In this document: positions 35,068-48,221 of the stretch, in pieces
Numbering within the stretch: the stretch's first letter is position 1
How the letters are laid out: every line of letters begins with the position of its first letter
Program-made: the position numbers and the translations under genes
Notes under the pieces: generated by a model
The model's database searches: none
What the model was told of the DNA's origin: nothing
What the model saw: the letters and a program-made list of their open reading frames with translations, nothing else
DNA from: Phoronis australis
Taxonomy: Eukaryota > Animalia > Phoronida
Direction of reading: 5' to 3'
Length of the DNA: 64,000 nucleotides
NCBI GenBank assembly: GCA_002633005.1
Contig: NMRA01000324.1
Coordinates: 70,691-134,690, forward strand

Positions 35068-36381
35068 TTTCAGCTTACAACACACTAAACAATCCCTAAA
35101 TCCAACGTAGTTGAGTTCTCTACTAACCTATCTTGCCGCAGAATACTCGCCGATGGAAAGTGGTGGCGACAATTGTTGAAAAACAGCACAAAACAAAAGT
35201 AGAATAGAACAGATTCGCACGGTAAAGTCAACGCAAAACCAAGTGGCGGGAAACGCTTGCCTCCTAAAACGTCACTTCCAGAGTAGCGGACGAGTAATTT
35301 ATAAAATTACGAAAAGCTGTAATTAAGTGGAAAATATGTCTAGGATAACCAACCAACCTTATTTTAGCTCAAAATGACATGAAAAAAGGTTGCCTTCGCC
35401 TTTAACTTCAGTCTTGAATAGAACAGCTCGAGTTAACTCCGATGTAAGGAGATGGATTTAACAGGGAAGTGTCGGAGCCTCGCTACAATGGGAACACTTA
35501 ACTTTGATGTCATCAGAGTTATCAGCAGGGATCACTGCCTGCGTTTGCCAACAGCGGGCGCTGACTGGTTACCATTTATTATTTTTTGTTCTAATAATTA
35601 TTATTTTGGCAGTATATACATTCTGTATCAATTTTCTATGTATTTGCTAGATTCTTTACTTTGAAAAAAATCACTGAACATGAAGTGTACATAAAATGAG
35701 TTTCTGCCACGCCCTACTGCCTTTCGTTAGATCGGCTGTTAGCGTCCTCGAGAGTCAGTTTTTTCATCTGTTATTTTGTAGTACCTCGTCATTGTCCCAA
35801 CGTGGCAGCCATTGGCTGCCTTGTGAGGTTGACAGTGTAGTTTCCATTTGGGTAGAGGGAGAAGTCCTTGCCATTTGTGATGGCAAGCACTGTCAAAAAC
35901 AACAAGGCCACCTTGTGATATTTTTGCTGAACTACAACTCCGAAACTGTTGGCAGCACTAACACTTAACTTCACTGTTAACCACAGTTAATATGAAAGCT
36001 TCGGTAGTAGCGAAGTTAACTGCATGGGAAAGGTCTTAAGGAGCAGTAAAGTTAATTGATTTACATAATGTTTGATTGATTTCATACCTTGCATTATAGA
36101 TGTCAGTTCTAGATATTACAACTTCCATACTGTTGACTGGTCCCATCTCCCAAGGTTTCTTTATGTGACAAGTTTTCCCTTGACGGACTGGGAACAATTC
36201 GTTTGACAGCACCCTGCAACTTGCGTCCTTGAATCAAAAATCAAAATATGTACAAAATTTTAATGAAGTTATTGCATTTGTTCAGTTTGGCTGGCCAAAA
36301 AATGAAAATTGAATCCGGCCATTTGGTCTCATAAATTGGTCTTCCTTACAGTGATAAGTCTCCTTTCCATTTCCCACTTAA

Positions 36382-36739
36382 AGGGATACCAAACCCGTAT
36401 GTAGCCTATTAACAGATATTAAAAGTGATATTTGTACCCAGTCCTCTGAAACGAAATAATGCTCTGTAGCCCTTGACAACCCTCAAATATTTTTTGCAAA
36501 ATTTGATATTCCTTAGAAAGTGCACTAAACAGGCAAGCATGACCTTCACTTTAGGCGAGTTACACGGCAACTGTAGGAAAGAATACCCACCAAGTAGCAT
36601 AATATTCTTTATGTGACAAAGAAAGTGTGAGTTTTTAGTTGAATCCTGCTTTTACTATTCAAGTGTGACGTCATTGATGCACTAGAAGGTGACAGAATGA
36701 AGAGTGGTTGAAATCGCCAAAACAGGCTTTAGTATCCTT
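36382..36739. mobile_element. TTAA-flanked MITE (Kolobok-type); related copies at ~943-1430 and an end at ~41460-41494
   Basis: ttaa|AGGGATACCAAA...TTTAGTATCCTT|ttaa; internal ttacacggcaactgt shared with ~1263. Confidence 0.65.
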
Positions 36740-36889
36740 TTAAGTCGTAAGCAATGGGTACATGCGCCATTTCAGAATCCATAGTTTTAGGGTTGGCCAA
36801 CCCAAATAAACTCTGAAATGTTTTTGTGAGTCTCTGATGGTTACAATGTTATTCTTGTTACCAGAAATAAAATCCTATCCTTGTAAAAA

Positions 36890-37026
36890 ATATGAGACTG
36901 ATTTTATAAGAGTAGATGGCCTAATATGAGACTGATTTTATAAGAGTAGATGGCCTAATATGAGACTGATTTTATAAGAGTAGATGACCTAATATGAGAC
37001 TGATTTTATAAGAGAAGAAGACCTAA
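36890..37026. repeat. 34-bp minisatellite, 4 copies
   Basis: Unit tatgagactgattttataagagtagatggcctaa. Confidence 0.95.
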
Positions 37027-39529
37027 TTCGAATCTCGTTGTTTATCCAGCTAAACGGTGATATTCATCTTTAAGTAACAAAGTGAAAACAACACGTGTGT
37101 GTAAAGCTGGGTTCACCAATCACTAAAAGATCATCAATTTCCTGATCAAGGATTATCTCGCCCTCACCTGCTATTGTGATCATTTTAATAAAAATGCTTT
37201 GTATATGCAATGTCATCACACTGGGTTTTGAACAAGCCCTGTATATTAACTGGTTTTTTGAATAAGCCAACTATATTTACTGAAGCATAATCTGAATAGA
37301 TGATGGTGTTAATGTCAACGCACTGTGTTGCCTCTTGTCCTAGTAAGTCATTAGAAAAATCTGGATCCTCCGCTTTCATAAGGTTTTACTGTCAATTTGG
37401 CCGATTTGTTTGTTGCTTAAATTAGGTAATTATGCAACTAAACTGCCAGCTGGTTGCTTTTCATGGTTTTGAACTGATCATTATGGCAACAAGTTGTGCC
37501 ATTTCAATGACTGTATGTTATTTCGAAGTGCACCTTGAAGTTAGTTCTGTGATAGTCTTAGTCTTTAAGGTACTTTTTTGAAAATGTCCCTTTTAAAAGA
37601 CATTCAGCAAGAACACGTTTTCTGTATAAAAGCTGTCCTTTGCCAGTTGCCCCATCCCTACAAATCATGCTCTACAAACCAGCAGCCTGTGTCATGTTTT
37701 CGGCTCTGTATATACACTTCATCCATCTCAGTCAATAACCCCTCAATCACCCGTCACTCAGTAACCCCTCAATCACCTGTCTGTATGCATTTTTCTTCAT
37801 TTTGTCTGCATTCTGTCAATGTAATTCAGGTTGGCACAAACATATGTGTTAAATAAGTGCACAATTCAGAAGTGTTAAGTAATTACATAACTGCAATCTT
37901 GTGCTCCTTTTTACAGATTTAATCGTCAGTGGCAACAAAGCAGTTGACAGTGATGTCTGGTGCAGCAAGTTTAAAGATTCACTTATCTCCCCTGAGGACA
38001 AGTTGTGCTGTCATGGCTGTACCCATTAGGGTTAAAAACTGTTGTGGGATTTTAAAAGTTGCTTTGAACTTTGAATTTTTGGAACTTGAAGCATAACAGA
38101 GATATTAAAAGCTTTTCATGTGCTTAAAACAAGCTTTAAAGTTATGTAAGACCCTCAAAAAATGTACATATTTGGAAGAAGACTTCAAAACTTCGTATCT
38201 CGATCAGAAATGTCTGATCGCGTTTTTAGATACCATGCTTTGCAGTTTTCTTCAAAATGTTTTTAAAATGCACCACTTTTGCATGATGCGCTATCAAAAA
38301 GTAGGACTTTTGATTTAAAAAAACAGATATGTATAAATCAAAAACAAAATGATAGTTTAGAAAACTTAACAGATTTTTGAGATTTAATTTCAAATGTTTA
38401 TATCAAGTGAAAATTGGCCATGATATTGATATTGTTTTGTTAGGGATGTGCTTGCTTTTCCACTTTTCGTCACGTACCATTCCCACAAACAGTTAAAATC
38501 AAGATATTTCTAACATCTGGATCTGATCTAGAATCACATCTGATTAAACTTGACAAACAAGTCTATTGTGTTGGTACACAAGTCTATTGTGTTGGTACGC
38601 AAGTCTATTGCTGTGGTAGTAAGAGGGTCACAACTGTCACACAAAGGAATCATCAGTTGAAAGTTAAGTCTAATTTCTCTGAAAGTCAACCGTTTTTCTC
38701 CCTTTGAAGTTTTTGGTTATTAGTATTTCATAAAAAACACCAGTCATCTCCATAACATCTGTTGAGCATTGTTTGGAAACTGTATTTTTAAATGTGTTTA
38801 GTGTGTGTCGCACTGTTTCTGACATAAAGCAGGATTAGGTGAGTTCATCAGATGAAGGTAGACAATGGGAGAGCTGGACTTTGTAAACATTGATTTGCCA
38901 ACTTGTCTCCCTTGCTATCACTGTCAAGCTGATAATGACACGGCTGTAACCCTAGTTCCGGATCAGCGAAATTGGGGAAACTGACCCCACAGCCGGGGAG
39001 CATAAATGCCAGACATTATTAAAAATGCATGGTCATGTGACCCAATTAATAGAAGATTGGTATATAGCAATCATCAAATTATACTTTTTGCTTTCAAAAC
39101 AAAAATATGTGCTTTTACTGAGTTAAAATCTATAGTTATGTATGCATCTGGCTAAATTTCCAGACTAGTCAACTAGGTCTTATATAACCTTAAACAACTA
39201 GTTAGGAGCATACATGCACATGTCGTGTGGATGTCTACAAACAAACTTAGCAAAACCAGGAGTGTATTGCCCCCTGAATAGCTTGCGCTTATTTTGAACC
39301 CTGAAACTCAAGAAACAGAGTTGGCATTAAGCTGGTTACAGGAGAATTTGGAAATTCAAGACAAAATTGTTGAACATTCTGCTGTCAGTGGATCATTTAC
39401 ATAAAGTCAAACGAATGGCAAAGCACAAATAATGGTTGTAAAATATGCTTATCTATGTTTGCATAAGTCAACTAGTATTAGTATTAAGAAGAATGTTATT
39501 AGTGTGAATACTATTATGATTATGCAATT

Positions 39530-39910
39530 TTTATTTATGCGCCCACATCTACATTATATGGGTGCATATTGCAGTCATCTCTGTCTAGCCGCCTGGCATC
39601 TGCTGCTATATCCCTGCAGCATCTTTATGACATTTGGAAGGTGTGTTCCTATGAAGTTGACAACAGATGATGATGAGTTTTAACCGATCTGACTCCTGTT
39701 GTGCCCCCTAGTGGCAATTTCATGTTTTTATTTTTGCCTATGTGTTTGGACTGCCTTGATGGATTTCCATGAAATTTGGCAACTAGGCTTTCAAGTATGG
39801 AGATGATGCCTTTCCATTTGCGGATGGATCAGCATATTTTGTGCCACCTAGTGTAGATTTTTGTTATTTTCAAATCTGTTTTTGGCATGCACCTCTCTGT
39901 CCATCAAACT
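39530..39910 (+). mobile_element. Truncated, diverged copy of the HINE-like family
   Basis: tttatgcgccc start and gtgccccctagtggcaatttc module. Confidence 0.6.
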
Positions 39911-39969
39911 GCCTGTCAACTGAGAAGACTACACTCAATGTTGATTTTCATAGTTACTAGGCTAAACCA

Positions 39970-40308
39970 AAGTGCCGTTTGCACTACAAAGTTGACACGG
40001 ATCAGCTGATACAGAATGAAATGTTCCTGTGTGTAAACGGGATTGACACGGTGTGAATTGACACGGTGGTGACAACTTTTGCCACTCGTTTGTGAGGTAG
40101 AGCAATTTGCGCTTGAACATCTTGCTCCGTGTCAATTATATGTCTAAACGTGAAACTAGGGCAAGGTGGAAAGGATCATCTCTACAGCGCTTGTGCAATG
40201 GCCTACATACAGGCTCTCTGTCTCTGCAACTCCCGCTACTTGAAAACCTGATCAAGTTGCTCCATGTCAGTTGCGCTGGGTCAAAAGTTGATGTCTAAAC
40301 GGGACTTT
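39970..40308. mobile_element. Probable Harbinger-like MITE
   Basis: Imperfect TIRs aaagtgccgtttgcac / gtctaaacgggacttt; internal ttgacacgg repeats. Confidence 0.45.
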
Positions 40309-43300
40309 TTATTAACATTTATGAAATGAAAGCACAGTGATACCGAATTTCTGTCTTAAGTCATTTTTCATGAAGAAGAGCTCTTGGCTTAGTTTTCAGA
40401 AATTCTCTGCAAAGAAATCATCTCTGTTGTTGTGCATAAGCATGTAACTTGCTTTTCCTCTCTTTTGCTTTTGAAAGCATGAAACTGTTTTTGGAAAAAC
40501 CTAATGTACCTGCATGACTTTTGAAAACCAATGCTTCTAATATTGTATGTCATCTGTTTGTTCTCCTTGCCAGTTTCAAACATTGAGTGAATTTCATCAG
40601 TTGAAACTTGAGTTGTAACATTTTTTTAAGTTTCATCCTCGGTGTGCTCTTGGGCTATTATCCTGTTATTGTGTTAAGTAAATGTTGTATAACTTGTATC
40701 TGTGTCATCCAACTGGACAGAGAGGTTGTGAATGAAGGACAGAATATATGAATTAGATCAACCCTACCCATCTGTGTCATCCAACTGGACAAAAAGATTG
40801 TGTTATGAAGGACAGAATTGTGAAACTTTGTACCATTTGAGTGGTGTGCATGTCCAAAATGTGAATGTCCAACTGTGGTGGTAGTATGAATGATAGGTTG
40901 TCTTCAACTAAGCAGTCATTTTTTTGTACCTCATAAAGTAGGTATTTTTAATTCATTTCTTTTTTTTTTGAAAAGAAGTGGTGTTTTCCAAACTTATGGT
41001 GTGGGAGTATGCGTGGGTAGTTAAATTGATTTCTTGAAGTAATTCACAACGAAAAGATGTGTGGAAAAAGAAATCGTTCTGTTCTCTGTTTCATTTGATT
41101 TGATGTGTGGTTTTGGCCATTTGTATGAGTGGTTATGTAATGATTCATACTGAAGGTTGTTTGTAATGTTTGTGTCTGTGGTGGCTGTAATGCTCCTCCA
41201 TTGTTGTTGAAGCTTACTTCTCTTGGTCACAGTTATCATGAGGTGAGTTGGATGGAAAGGTATGTTTGTCATGAGTTTAGGTAACATGACTACACCATTT
41301 TAGCATTCTGTTGTGCATTATAAAGAAGAATTCTCACAGGCTAAAACCTCGCCAATTCTGGACAAAAGTTTTCGTCTAAACTTTTAAGTATTGGCCAGGG
41401 TTACAAAGCGTTATTTTGTTTCACAGAATTGGATGGGAAATCGTTTTAATTTCTGTTTATAGTCAGGCTAAAACCGGGTTTGGTGTCCTTTTAAGTAGCA
41501 TATCGTGGCTTATTTCGCTTTGACAACAAGAAGTTATGGGCATTTTATGTACAGGTAGTTGATTAATGATACAACAGACATTGTCCTAGATTACGTAAGA
41601 AGACAATATCACGTATGTTTAGATCACATTGGGACCATTTTGTATTCATCATACCTTGGGCTGTCATTACTCATCTCTTAAATTAAATCTTCTACAATCC
41701 GACCTTTCGTCGCTGGTTTAGACCACTTTACGTTCAACCTGTTCATTTTCAAAGTTACACGTAATTGCTGGACTTGGGAACAATGTTGTTTCTCTCCACC
41801 CGGCTCACCATGTTGGCTTGTTACTGTCAGTCATTGTGTGCGCCCAACATGCTGTCTCCACCAAAGCAAATAGTAAGTTCCAACTGTATAAACTATTTCT
41901 CATCAGAGTAACAAAAGGTACGTTTGAGACCTTGGGCCGACTTTCCTTAAAGTTTAGGAAAGGACTAGAGAAGAAAACTTTCGAATCTTAAGAAAAAGTA
42001 AGATTTTTGGGGGTTTCTATTGTTCTTGGTAGTATTAGTTCTGTCTCACGAGTTCCGGGGTCGTGGCCTCTGTCATTGTTCTGATATGCTTGTTGGTATG
42101 TACTCGAGTGTTGTATTATAGTATAAAATGTACTATTTGTGTCAGAAGTTGGACTTGCTGTTGAGTTAACTCACGTATCTGGGTGATTCAGTTGTTGAAA
42201 TGTTCAAACCTCGTCGCTGTGTAACCCTGCGTAATGCAGTGTATGATAAACGTGGCGCTTGACGCGGATTTTCGTTTATTACTCCCAGAAACACGATTTG
42301 AAGAATACAGTGAAGGATTGGAATAAATTTACTATTGTGAATGGAATTTTTAACTTATTCATAGTAAGGTGTTTTATAATTAACTGCACCGCACCATTGG
42401 TGTTCTTGACGCATTCCACAGCTATTCTATGGGAAAATGAGTCTGATTGCAAACGTTATGTCGCGCTATAGTTCTCGTGTTGTCTTCCAATTTTTGAATT
42501 TCCGTCATATTCTGTAAAATGTACAGATAATATTTGTCTTAGGTTTCCGTTAAATGGGAACTCTTGTTATTTTTAGACGCACATAAAAGAGCTAACAATT
42601 GTTAGCACACTACGGTAACAGATTGTGTGTTTATAGTCATATCTATTTCAAAGAGAACATGTAATTAACGTTTTTGTTTGTTATTTTCTCAATTGATTTT
42701 AGCCCTCTCGAAAAACACGAAGGCATTGCGCATTGTTCAGATGTGGATGCCTCTCGAGAAGTATTGCGTTTTGCACTGGTTTTTATTGGAATGTTCCGAA
42801 GCGTGTCCTTGATTCTAATTCCAAAATTCTTGTGCTATGGTTATCAGCCGTGAGTGGATTATCCCTGAGGGATGATTTTCTGACAATTATAAGCAAATAT
42901 TGTAAGAAATTTGATTCAATTAATTTTGATGGAGGTTGAAATTCTGTAAAATCAATACCTTTCATCTCCCAACATAAACACTGTGGATAGTTTCTGTCGA
43001 CCTGAAGTACTCACTTGCAGGTCTAAAAATGTCGCAACGGGAGCATAAGTACAATGCTCGCGTGGAACTTTTTCGCGTAGTCCCTAATTTTTGTAATGAA
43101 GTCACGGATACTCCCACCACTTATCTCAGCAAGTTCAAACAACTTAACCAGTGCTTCCCTAATAAAAGAAATTAAATTAATACTGTCCCAACAGACATTG
43201 GTTGGAGTCTCGTATTTTGTTTCGGTTGGGACTGAGCAGTTAACAGATTACGAAAAACATGGCTGAATTTTCTTTTTCGGAAAAATAATTTTCGGTTTTT

Positions 43301-46300
43301 AGCACAGAGTATAGCTATATTTGCATTGTATATCTTCATCATTTGATGATTACCTTTTTATTTAGCTTCATCTATTCATTGAGATTGCGCTCAGACGGGC
43401 GGGTTTGAGTCGGGCAGCGTAAACAAGGTGTTTCCCTAAGTATCCCTTCTCAAGGTTACTGCGTACAGCTTCGGCGCGTCCAAAGCTGTTAGTTGACTGT
43501 CACCCAGCAGATGATAATCATTGGCCAGTTTCTTTTGTAAAAGTTTTCTAGGCGTGTCTGGTGTGGTGGCCAGTTATTGTTCGTGATTGTAACGGAGACA
43601 GCAGTGATATTGGAGTCCCCGATGGGTTCGATTGCATTTGCACCAAGTGACCCTGTGACGAGTGTAAAGCTTTGCGAAAGTTACCAGAAGATGACATTAA
43701 GCTTGTTACGTTAGCACGTTCGTAATTATCCGACATATTGTGCTAATGGTTTAGAGGTTTGTGAATCAATTAATTACTCTTTCGATTGCCGTGTCAGGCC
43801 AGAAATTGTTTGGCAAGAACAACTTGTGATGGAACAGGTGTATTAAAACAACAGGTTAACGAGAGCTGAATAAACAAACTGTCTTTGTAATCACTGGAGG
43901 CAATTGTAAAATACTACATTTGAAAACGTTAGAAATCACTGATTTAATTCTGCTGTATTTGGATAAAGAATGGAGTTTTCAATGAAGTCTATTCATGCAT
44001 TGTTCATCCTTAGTCAGGTGTTGTGAGACTTATTGTACCGACATAATAGAAAAGTGAACTAATGTTGACCGGATTGGTAAACTGGCACAAAAGCCAATGG
44101 GTGTAATAGCACATTTTGAACAAATACTTGCTATTCATCGCCTATTCAGGTCAGATCGACATCAGTCTATTGAAAGTCTTGACACAATCAACATACAAGC
44201 ATTCTTCCATTATGTGAGACTGGCAATTTCAGTTTGCCTGACTATTCATGCTATTGTGTTGACAAAAATTAGAATAGGCTATGTCCACACTCGAATGTGA
44301 ATGGAACACAGTAAGCTTATCAAAAGAAAGGCGCTTTGCCTTTCAAATCGATGTAGCTGTGTTTATTGGTACTCACTCAAACGAACCATTCTGGTAAATA
44401 ATTCTCCCGAATGCGTGCGTCTGCTTTCGATGCCACAATAGGGCTGCGGGTCCATTATTTGGAAGCATTGTACGCTTGTGCTCACATTATCGTCTCTGGC
44501 TCGGACTGGCTTTGAAAGCAGATAACGACTGTGGTGGAAGATTGTTTTCATCCTCCGATGATTTTTTACCGTATTGAAAGAAGCTGTGCGACTACTTATT
44601 CAAGCGCTTGACATCCTTTCAGTTAAATCATTGCAAGCGCATAAAAATAACCTGAAACAAACAGTACAAGTTGTGTATGCATATTTTATACATTAGTTGC
44701 ACGATGCTACCCAAGCACATGCATGTTCTGTCTTCCATCCCACAGCGATGAAACTTTTACCTCCCGCATATCCGCCTATCTATAACTCAATCGGCCTATT
44801 ATATCAGAAAATGTTTTAGCTTTTAATTAATTATACATGTAATAGAGATGATGGTAGTCGGCTATCAGCCACAAGTATCTGTTTGATCAATGCCCACACA
44901 TATATAAACTAGGTATTTACTTCTCTAACTCATTTTACCTTTTGAACTGTTAGAAATCCAAACCATAGCAGCGAATGCAATATTTTCTCTATCCGGGGTT
45001 GAGTTTCTGTGCAGTTTATCCTTGTCAGTTATCGATGTACATCTACCGGTCTTCCAACTGCCTTGCATTTCTCAGCTAAGATTCGTCTAATTCAGCAGAC
45101 AAGAAAACTATCATCAAATTGTCTGAGCGGAGCCACTTGAGATCGTCAGTACCCTATGACGTTGTAAATTCGCCTGTGATGTCCATGCCTCACTAACACC
45201 ACGTAATGAATAGTTGCTTCTTGTTGCATGAAAGGTCATTAATAACTTAGGACGATAGTGTCATTGACTGCGTTTGTACTTGTCTTAGCTTGGCATTTTT
45301 TTCTTTTTTTTTTACGAATAAGATTTTAAGGTGAATGGTGTTGCAATGAAAGGCGTGTAATTTTTAAGTACTAATCGTAACACTGCGTCATTTTAAAGGC
45401 AGTTAACCGTGTGCTGTCAGAAGAAAAGGGAGTCATGAAGACATCTGTGATTAAAGGAATGAACGAAAACTGACACTGTCCTGCTTAATTTTTGCTCGTT
45501 TTTTTGTAACATGTCTTGCATTTGTGAAGTGGACATTGTCACGTGTGCAGATAAACCAAATAAATTTCGGTATGCACGTGGCACTGGGCAGAGAGGATTG
45601 AGTGAGGAGTGTGATTATTTATTAATACATTTTTTAATGTTTTGAAATATTCGTGTAAGAGCATTGCCCATGGAGTACTGGAGGGGACACGGGAGATTTT
45701 TTGATTTCCTTTTATATTAATGTTGTAGCGGTGTAAAATGCGTGAGGCTTCAGATTGTTGTGGGGTAAACCCAAAGAAATGGACATTATGTTGGGATACT
45801 TGACTGAATGGCAATCGACGGAAGTCAATCTATTCAGGCGTTTGTTACCCTTGTGTCGGTGCACAATGGGTGTTCTGCTAATGGCAAATTTGAAAGGAGT
45901 TGAGCTATTTACCCAAAGCCATGAGATTTAGCGCTCTTTCACCCTGTTTCAATGGAGTTTAACTGTCTATTTGATAACATAAGAATTCCTTGTATTTGTA
46001 CAAACTTAATGTTGATGTTTAACTGACAAAAGGCTTTAGGCAAAACATACATTATCGACGCACCTTCGGTTTTAACAACAGTCGTATTTAAATTGTTCCA
46101 TATTATTTATCTGGCGTTGAGTCAACCATTGAAAACCCTCAGTAGCATTGTGCTTCATTGTGTTGTATTGTTGCAGGTCTATTGTGTTGTGAATAAAGCG
46201 TATTAAATTCTTTGTTCCCCGTTCTAAAGGTGTTATTTCGCTTTACATACCCGGGTTTATTCGTGCGCCGTCAGCCATACAGAACAGCATGTATTTTTTA

Positions 46301-48221
46301 TTATATTGTTATTTCCCAGCCTTACTTCGCCGCGATCTTATTCATAGGCTAAACAATGACAAACAAAAGGTCTTTTCACCGAGTGCCCTATTGGATTACA
46401 ATACATCTTGGATGAAAGCCTGAATGCGCCTATTCAATCGCTACACATAAGTGGGCAATTTTAGTCATAATTTTAGACACAAGTTTGAATGAAATCCATT
46501 CATCGCTTTTGAATACACTGTAGACTGCCCGGGGCTCCGCGTATTCTTCTTATTATATAAAACAAGTCGAACGAAGCGCGATTTTGATTGATACAATATC
46601 TAGCCCTACCCGCAGCACAATTAATTCGGCCATGCGCTGGGGGTTTTCTATGTGCGCTCTACAAAGAAATTTGATCAGTTTTGTTAATAAATGTTCACGT
46701 TATTTGTCAGGATGAGATAGCCTTTAGAAGTTACTACAAACGAATTTGTAATGCTAGCCCTTGGACCTGAATAGTTAGAAATGAGTTTTAAAATTCACCA
46801 CAATACAGTTGGTTCAACGAACAGGTGTTGTGTGAGAGAATCCAGCTAGCTACTTCATTCATATGTAAATGACAACCATGGAATTCATTAGCAAATTTCA
46901 CAGTATTTATTTCAAGAAAAATAAAACGGAAAAGGAATAATGCGAAGAAATTGAAAACATAAATGGAATGCAAGATAAAATGTGATTTCAGAACTTGAAA
47001 TCCAATCAAGTAGTTAAACAAATTCGTCTTGTTCAAAACGTCAGTGGTACATAACAGGCAAAATGTCCAATCGTACACACTAACGCCTCGCACATTGTGA
47101 AGTAATGTAACTCTTTGCGTCTCTAAACTGAATACTGCAACAGTTCAAAAGCAACAAGCATTGTCATTCCTCGCTACCTCTAACTTGTTGGAGAAGTTTG
47201 GTCGACTCTTAAAGTTGCTGCTTGAGCAGCAGCAGTAAAATTCACAGTTGGCTAAGTTTCCGTGAGACACGCTAGTCTGATGCATCCTCATATCACCAGG
47301 ATGTAGTCGTACTAAACCTAAATCACGTTTTCACACAAATTCTACAAGCAGCTGACCATAGTCAGGCGCGATACAGGTTTCGCGTCTTTAAAATATAGCC
47401 CACTTGACACATGTCCTAGAAAAGTCAAGACTACTGCACAGGTCTTCACACATTTTCAGCTACGATAAAGTAGCCAAGTTGTGTGCGTCTTTTGTGCAAG
47501 ACTTTTTGTGTTTTACTATATCTTTTGAAACTAATTGCATTTAAAAATAAATTAAAATCCTCATGTTAGAAATGCACTGATGAACCTACACTGCAGTCCA
47601 ACTTCATTTTCAAATGAGATCACATTTGTGCGGATTGGTAATGGAAAATTTCCATAATGAGGCAAGAAACGTAAAATCCCTTCCTGAGAGTTCGTCAAAA
47701 TTAAATTGTCAAAGTGACAACCACGTCATATCGTCTGCTATTGACATGAAAGTGATTCGTTGCGCGTAAAACGCAAGTACGTCATTCGACTGCACGTGCG
47801 TCAAATTTGAGACGAGGCCCATTGTCACATGTGGAACAAGACATAACTAAACTACACCTATGAAACAAAAGTGGACAATGTTTCAAACAAAATTTTGTCT
47901 AATAGAATATAATCTTCGTCTGTGAGTTAACGTAGAGATATACTAATCGCCCTCTTAATTTCAGAATGAATTCGTATGCCGTTGTTTTAGTAAACGAGGT
48001 TTAGAAAAACAAGAGTCGAGAACAAAGTCAAAGAGAACATCTTTAAAATTAAGACGCATTCGTAATGTATACAATATAGAATCTATGTACAGTCATATAC
48101 TCTCAATGTGTCATCGTCAAAGAAAAGTTGTCAATACTGTCAAACGTTTCCTTCAGTCGTGAAAATAAAACATCTCATAATCAATGTAACTAACAACATG
48201 TTTAAAAACAACAATAATAAT

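Larger units (their letters stand above)
33709..35401. mobile_element. Kolobok-superfamily DNA transposon, internally deleted
   Basis: TTAA at 33705-33708 and 35402-35405; termini AGGCGAAGGCAACC / GGTTGCCTTCGCCT; ~155-bp near-perfect TIRs; convergent THAP-transposase and KolX-like ORFs. Confidence 0.9.
33645..36036. mobile_element. Non-autonomous TIR element (Harbinger-like MITE) interrupted by the Kolobok insertion
   Basis: Termini AGACCTTTCCCA / TGGGAAAGGTCT plus subterminal taccgaagctt / aagcttcggta; TSD ambiguous. Confidence 0.6.
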
